DNA from: a virus
Taxonomy: Duplodnaviria > Caudoviricetes
Virus record (IMG/VR): IMGVR_UViG_3300035397_000030
Location: 1-35,021 of that record
Length of the DNA stretch: 35,021 nt
Direction: 5' to 3' (one strand)
Position numbers and translations under genes: made by a program. Positions 32,023 through 35,021 of this stretch are shown in pieces. Every line of letters starts with the position of its first letter. Positions within the stretch are counted from its first letter, which is position 1. The notes under the pieces were generated by a model. That model was given only the letters and a program-made list of their open reading frames with translations, was not told where the DNA came from and ran no database searches.

Positions 32023-34707
32023 ATGACAGAGTTTCTCAAACACGAAGGTACAAAGCGACACTCTGGAAGATATCCTTGGGGTTCAGGAGATACGCCTTAT
32101 CAAAGTGATAAAAATTTTATAGCTTATGTTAATGATTTAAAAAGAAAAGGCCTTAGCGATAAAATGATTGCTGATGGTATAGGCTGGAAGGTTAATGAAT
32201 TAAGAGCAAATAAATCAATAGCGACTAACTCTGTTAGAAAAGAAGATTTAGCCACGGCTTCTAAATTAAAAGCTAAAGGTTATTCCGACACAGCTATTGG
32301 ATTGAAAATGGGTAAAAATGAATCTTCTATTAGAAGTTTATTAAATGCCGAAACCAAAGCACGCAAAGAAGTCACCGAAGCAACTGCCAATATGTTAAAG
32401 GAAAATTTGGAAAGAAAACAATATTTAGACATAGGCGCTGGAGTAGAGAGACATATCGGTCTAAATAGAACAAAATTTAGAACTGCCGTTGCAATGCTAG
32501 AAGAAGAAGGATACACAACCCATTATATTCCAGTAACCCAATTAGGAACCGGTAAAGTAACAACATTGTTTGTACTTGCTAAACCAGGAACTACTTGGTC
32601 TGAAGTTTCTAAGAATAGGGCAGAGATAAAACAAATAAAAGATTATACTGAAGATGGTGGAAGATCTTTCTTAGGTCTAGAACCAATAAGAAGTATTGAT
32701 TCAAAACGACTTACGATAAACTATGCCGAAGATGGTGGAACAAAAAAAGATGGAGTTATCGAACTTCGTCGAGGCGTAGATGATATATCGTTAGGAAGAG
32801 CTAGATATGCTCAAGTTCGTATTGGGGTTGATGATAAACATTTTCTAAAAGGAATGGCCGTATATGCTGATGACCTACCGCCAGGAATTGATATTAGATT
32901 CAACACCAACAAGTCAAAAACAACCCCTTTTGATAAGGTTTTAAAACCTATGAAAGAATTAGATGGCGATATAGATTCTGACAATCCTTTTGGTTCTACC
33001 GTAAAACAAAGACATTATATTGATAAAGATGGTAATAAAGCGCTGTCTGCAATAAATATGGTGTATGAAGAAGGTAACTGGAAAGAATGGTCCAGAAGTC
33101 TATCATCACAAGTATTATCTAAACAACATCCTTCGTTAGCTAAAAAACAATTAGATTTAGCTTTTGATATTAAAAAAGCAGAATATGATGAAATAATGGC
33201 TCTAGATAATCCTGTTGTTAAGAAAAAATTATTAGATACATTTGCTGATGACTGTGATTCTGCAGCTGTACATTTGAAAGCTGCCGCACTACCTAGACAA
33301 GGGTCACATGTTATATTACCATTTCCAAATATGAAAGAGAATGAAATATATGCTCCTAATTATAGAGATGGCGAAACAGTTGTTCTTATAAGATATCCTC
33401 ATGGAGGAACCTTTGAGATACCACAACTAACCGTTAATAATAATTATGCCCCTGCTAAAAAGATATTAGGAAATCAATCTCCTGACGCTGTTGGTATTAA
33501 CCATAAAGTTGCAGAAAGACTATCTGGTGCCGATTTTGATGGAGATACTGTATTAGTAATACCAAATCCTGATGGTAAAGTAATAAAGAGCACCGCCCCA
33601 TTAAAAGGGCTTATAGATTTTGATCCTAAAGCTTTATATAAGTTACCAGATAGCGCACCTAGAGTTAAAGTTACTACTAAGAATGCAGAAATGGGTAAAG
33701 TATCAAACCTTATTGCTGATATGTCTATGAAAGGCGCTAATGATGGAGAGATTGCTCGTGCTGTTAAACATAGTATGGTTGTAATTGATTCAGAGAAGCA
33801 TCATTTAGATTATAAACAATCAGCAATAGATAATGATATAGCTGGATTAAAAACGAAATACCAAGGTGGCGCTAGAAAAGGTGCTTCTACCGTAATATCA
33901 AGAGCTTCCTCAGATGCAAGGCCACTAGCAAGAAAAGATGGTGTTGAAGTAGTAAATCCGGAAACAGGTAAAGTTAAACGTGTGTATGTCGACCCCGAAA
34001 CAGGTAAAAAATTATACACCTACACAGGTGAAAGTTATGTTAATATTAAAGGGAAGACGGTTATGCGTACAACTAAGTCCACCAAGATGTACGAGGCGGA
34101 TGATGCTTTTAGTTTATCCTCCGGCACTACAATGGAGACTGTTTATGCAACCCATGCCAATAAACTCAAGGCTTTAGGTAATGAGACTAGAAAGAGCGCT
34201 ATTGCAGCAGCTTCAAGCTTCACTAAGTCAGACCCTAATGCTAAGAAAGAGTATGCTAAAGAAGTAGCTAGTCTTAAAGCTAAACTTAATATCGCCCTAT
34301 TGAACGCCCCATTAGAAAGACAAGCCCAATTACTAGCTAATGCTGTAGTTGCATCTAGAAAGGCCGCTAATCCAGACATGGATGCTGATGACCTTAAGAA
34401 AGTTAAAGGTCAAGCTTTAGCAGAACAGCGTGCACGTATTGGCGCAGGCAAAGAGCGTGTTCCAGTAACACCAGAAGAATGGAATGCTATTCAGAAAGGT
34501 GCTATAAGTACTAATCTATTGAAGAGTATACTAGACAACACAGACCTTGATGTAATCAAACAGTATGCTACACCTAGAGTTTCTAATGGTTTAACCCCAG
34601 TTCAATCAACACGTGCTCGCAACATGCTTGCTAATGGTTACTCACAAGCAGACATCGCCGAGTTCTTAGGAGTTTCAACTAATAGTATTAATTCTATTGC
34701 TAATTAG
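32023..34707 (+). CDS. putative single-subunit double-psi-beta-barrel RNA polymerase with fused HTH domains
   Basis: LSGADFDGD (DxDGD, 33526-33546), upstream LIRYPH (RxP) and QVR...LKG; HTH-like segments near the N-terminus and at the C-terminus (GYSQADIAEFLGVSTNSI). Confidence 0.78.
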   Translation: MTEFLKHEGTKRHSGRYPWGSGDTPYQSDKNFIAYVNDLKRKGLSDKMIADGIGWKVNELRANKSIATNSVRKEDLATASKLKAKGYSDTAIGLKMGKNESSIRSLLNAETKARKEVTEATANMLKENLERKQYLDIGAGVERHIGLNRTKFRTAVAMLEEEGYTTHYIPVTQLGTGKVTTLFVLAKPGTTWSEVSKNRAEIKQIKDYTEDGGRSFLGLEPIRSIDSKRLTINYAEDGGTKKDGVIELRRGVDDISLGRARYAQVRIGVDDKHFLKGMAVYADDLPPGIDIRFNTNKSKTTPFDKVLKPMKELDGDIDSDNPFGSTVKQRHYIDKDGNKALSAINMVYEEGNWKEWSRSLSSQVLSKQHPSLAKKQLDLAFDIKKAEYDEIMALDNPVVKKKLLDTFADDCDSAAVHLKAAALPRQGSHVILPFPNMKENEIYAPNYRDGETVVLIRYPHGGTFEIPQLTVNNNYAPAKKILGNQSPDAVGINHKVAERLSGADFDGDTVLVIPNPDGKVIKSTAPLKGLIDFDPKALYKLPDSAPRVKVTTKNAEMGKVSNLIADMSMKGANDGEIARAVKHSMVVIDSEKHHLDYKQSAIDNDIAGLKTKYQGGARKGASTVISRASSDARPLARKDGVEVVNPETGKVKRVYVDPETGKKLYTYTGESYVNIKGKTVMRTTKSTKMYEADDAFSLSSGTTMETVYATHANKLKALGNETRKSAIAAASSFTKSDPNAKKEYAKEVASLKAKLNIALLNAPLERQAQLLANAVVASRKAANPDMDADDLKKVKGQALAEQRARIGAGKERVPVTPEEWNAIQKGAISTNLLKSILDNTDLDVIKQYATPRVSNGLTPVQSTRARNMLANGYSQADIAEFLGVSTNSINSIAN

Positions 34708-34723
34708 GAAGGAGTGTTTTAGA

Positions 34724-34963
34724 ATGAGAGAAGTAATGCTTACCACCCTTGATAATCCTTTCGACCCATTCACACAATCTGATGATTGGTATGCGTTTGA
34801 CGAGAGTAAAGGTTATCATAGCTGTGGTTATATAGCCCGTATCGCTAGAACATCCCCTGAATTAGGAGAAGAAGATGAACTTCGAGAGATTGAAAAGGCT
34901 ATTGATGAGATTGTAGACCTTAATGTCTTAGGAATCTACAAAAAAGTAGTAAAAGAAATATAA
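34724..34963 (+). CDS. phage hypothetical protein
   Basis: AAGGAG RBS supports the ATG at 34724; MLTTLDNPFDPF...W...D..KGY. Confidence 0.75.
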   Translation: MREVMLTTLDNPFDPFTQSDDWYAFDESKGYHSCGYIARIARTSPELGEEDELREIEKAIDEIVDLNVLGIYKKVVKEI

Positions 34964-35021
34964 TATAACGTAATATAACAGTAATATAATATAATATAGG
35001 TTGATATACATAGGGGGGGGG

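Noticed and set aside
576-34379. Minus-strand ORFs in the track (e.g. 6499-6918, 8882-9211, 10696-11268, 14683-15099)
   Set aside because: All overlap + strand genes that have clear RBSs, lack their own SD or promoter motif, and look like antisense shadows.
32023-34707. Captured host rpoC fragment
   Set aside because: The motif reads SGADFDGD rather than the bacterial YNADFDGD, the rest of the protein lacks recognisable RpoC blocks, and it carries HTH fusions, so no rpoC symbol was assigned.
1-35021. Genome-wide stop-codon reassignment
   Set aside because: Long genes are intact under code 11, and TAA, TAG and TGA all occur as stops directly followed by the next RBS or start.

Overview
This window is about 35 kb of an AT-rich tailed dsDNA bacteriophage genome. 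Essentially all credible genes are on the + strand and most have strong AGGAGG/AGGAGA ribosome-binding sites. Those sites and a SleB-like hydrolase suggest a Firmicutes host (inference). Gene order: tail fibre/receptor-binding genes and an r1t-like holin (1-4.9 kb); an array of small accessory genes built as terminator-promoter-RBS-ORF cassettes (5.9-10.6 kb); many small hypothetical, Cys-rich and membrane-protein genes plus DHH and HD phosphoesterases (10.6-24.6 kb); an iteron-type origin candidate (24.6-24.9 kb); a 1312-aa helicase-primase-family B DNA polymerase fusion, SSB, SF2 helicase, VRR-NUC and PD-(D/E)XK nuclease; and an 894-aa protein with double-psi-beta-barrel RNA polymerase catalytic motifs (RxP...GADFDGD) and fused HTH domains. 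The most notable candidate system pairs this single-subunit RNA polymerase with 19 copies of a non-canonical promoter-like motif, CGCG-N14-TATAAT(AGAA). Other signals include an SD-sequestering hairpin motif, promoter-adjacent structured non-coding RNAs and several recoding candidates. Family assignments rest on motif recognition by eye, not on database searches.
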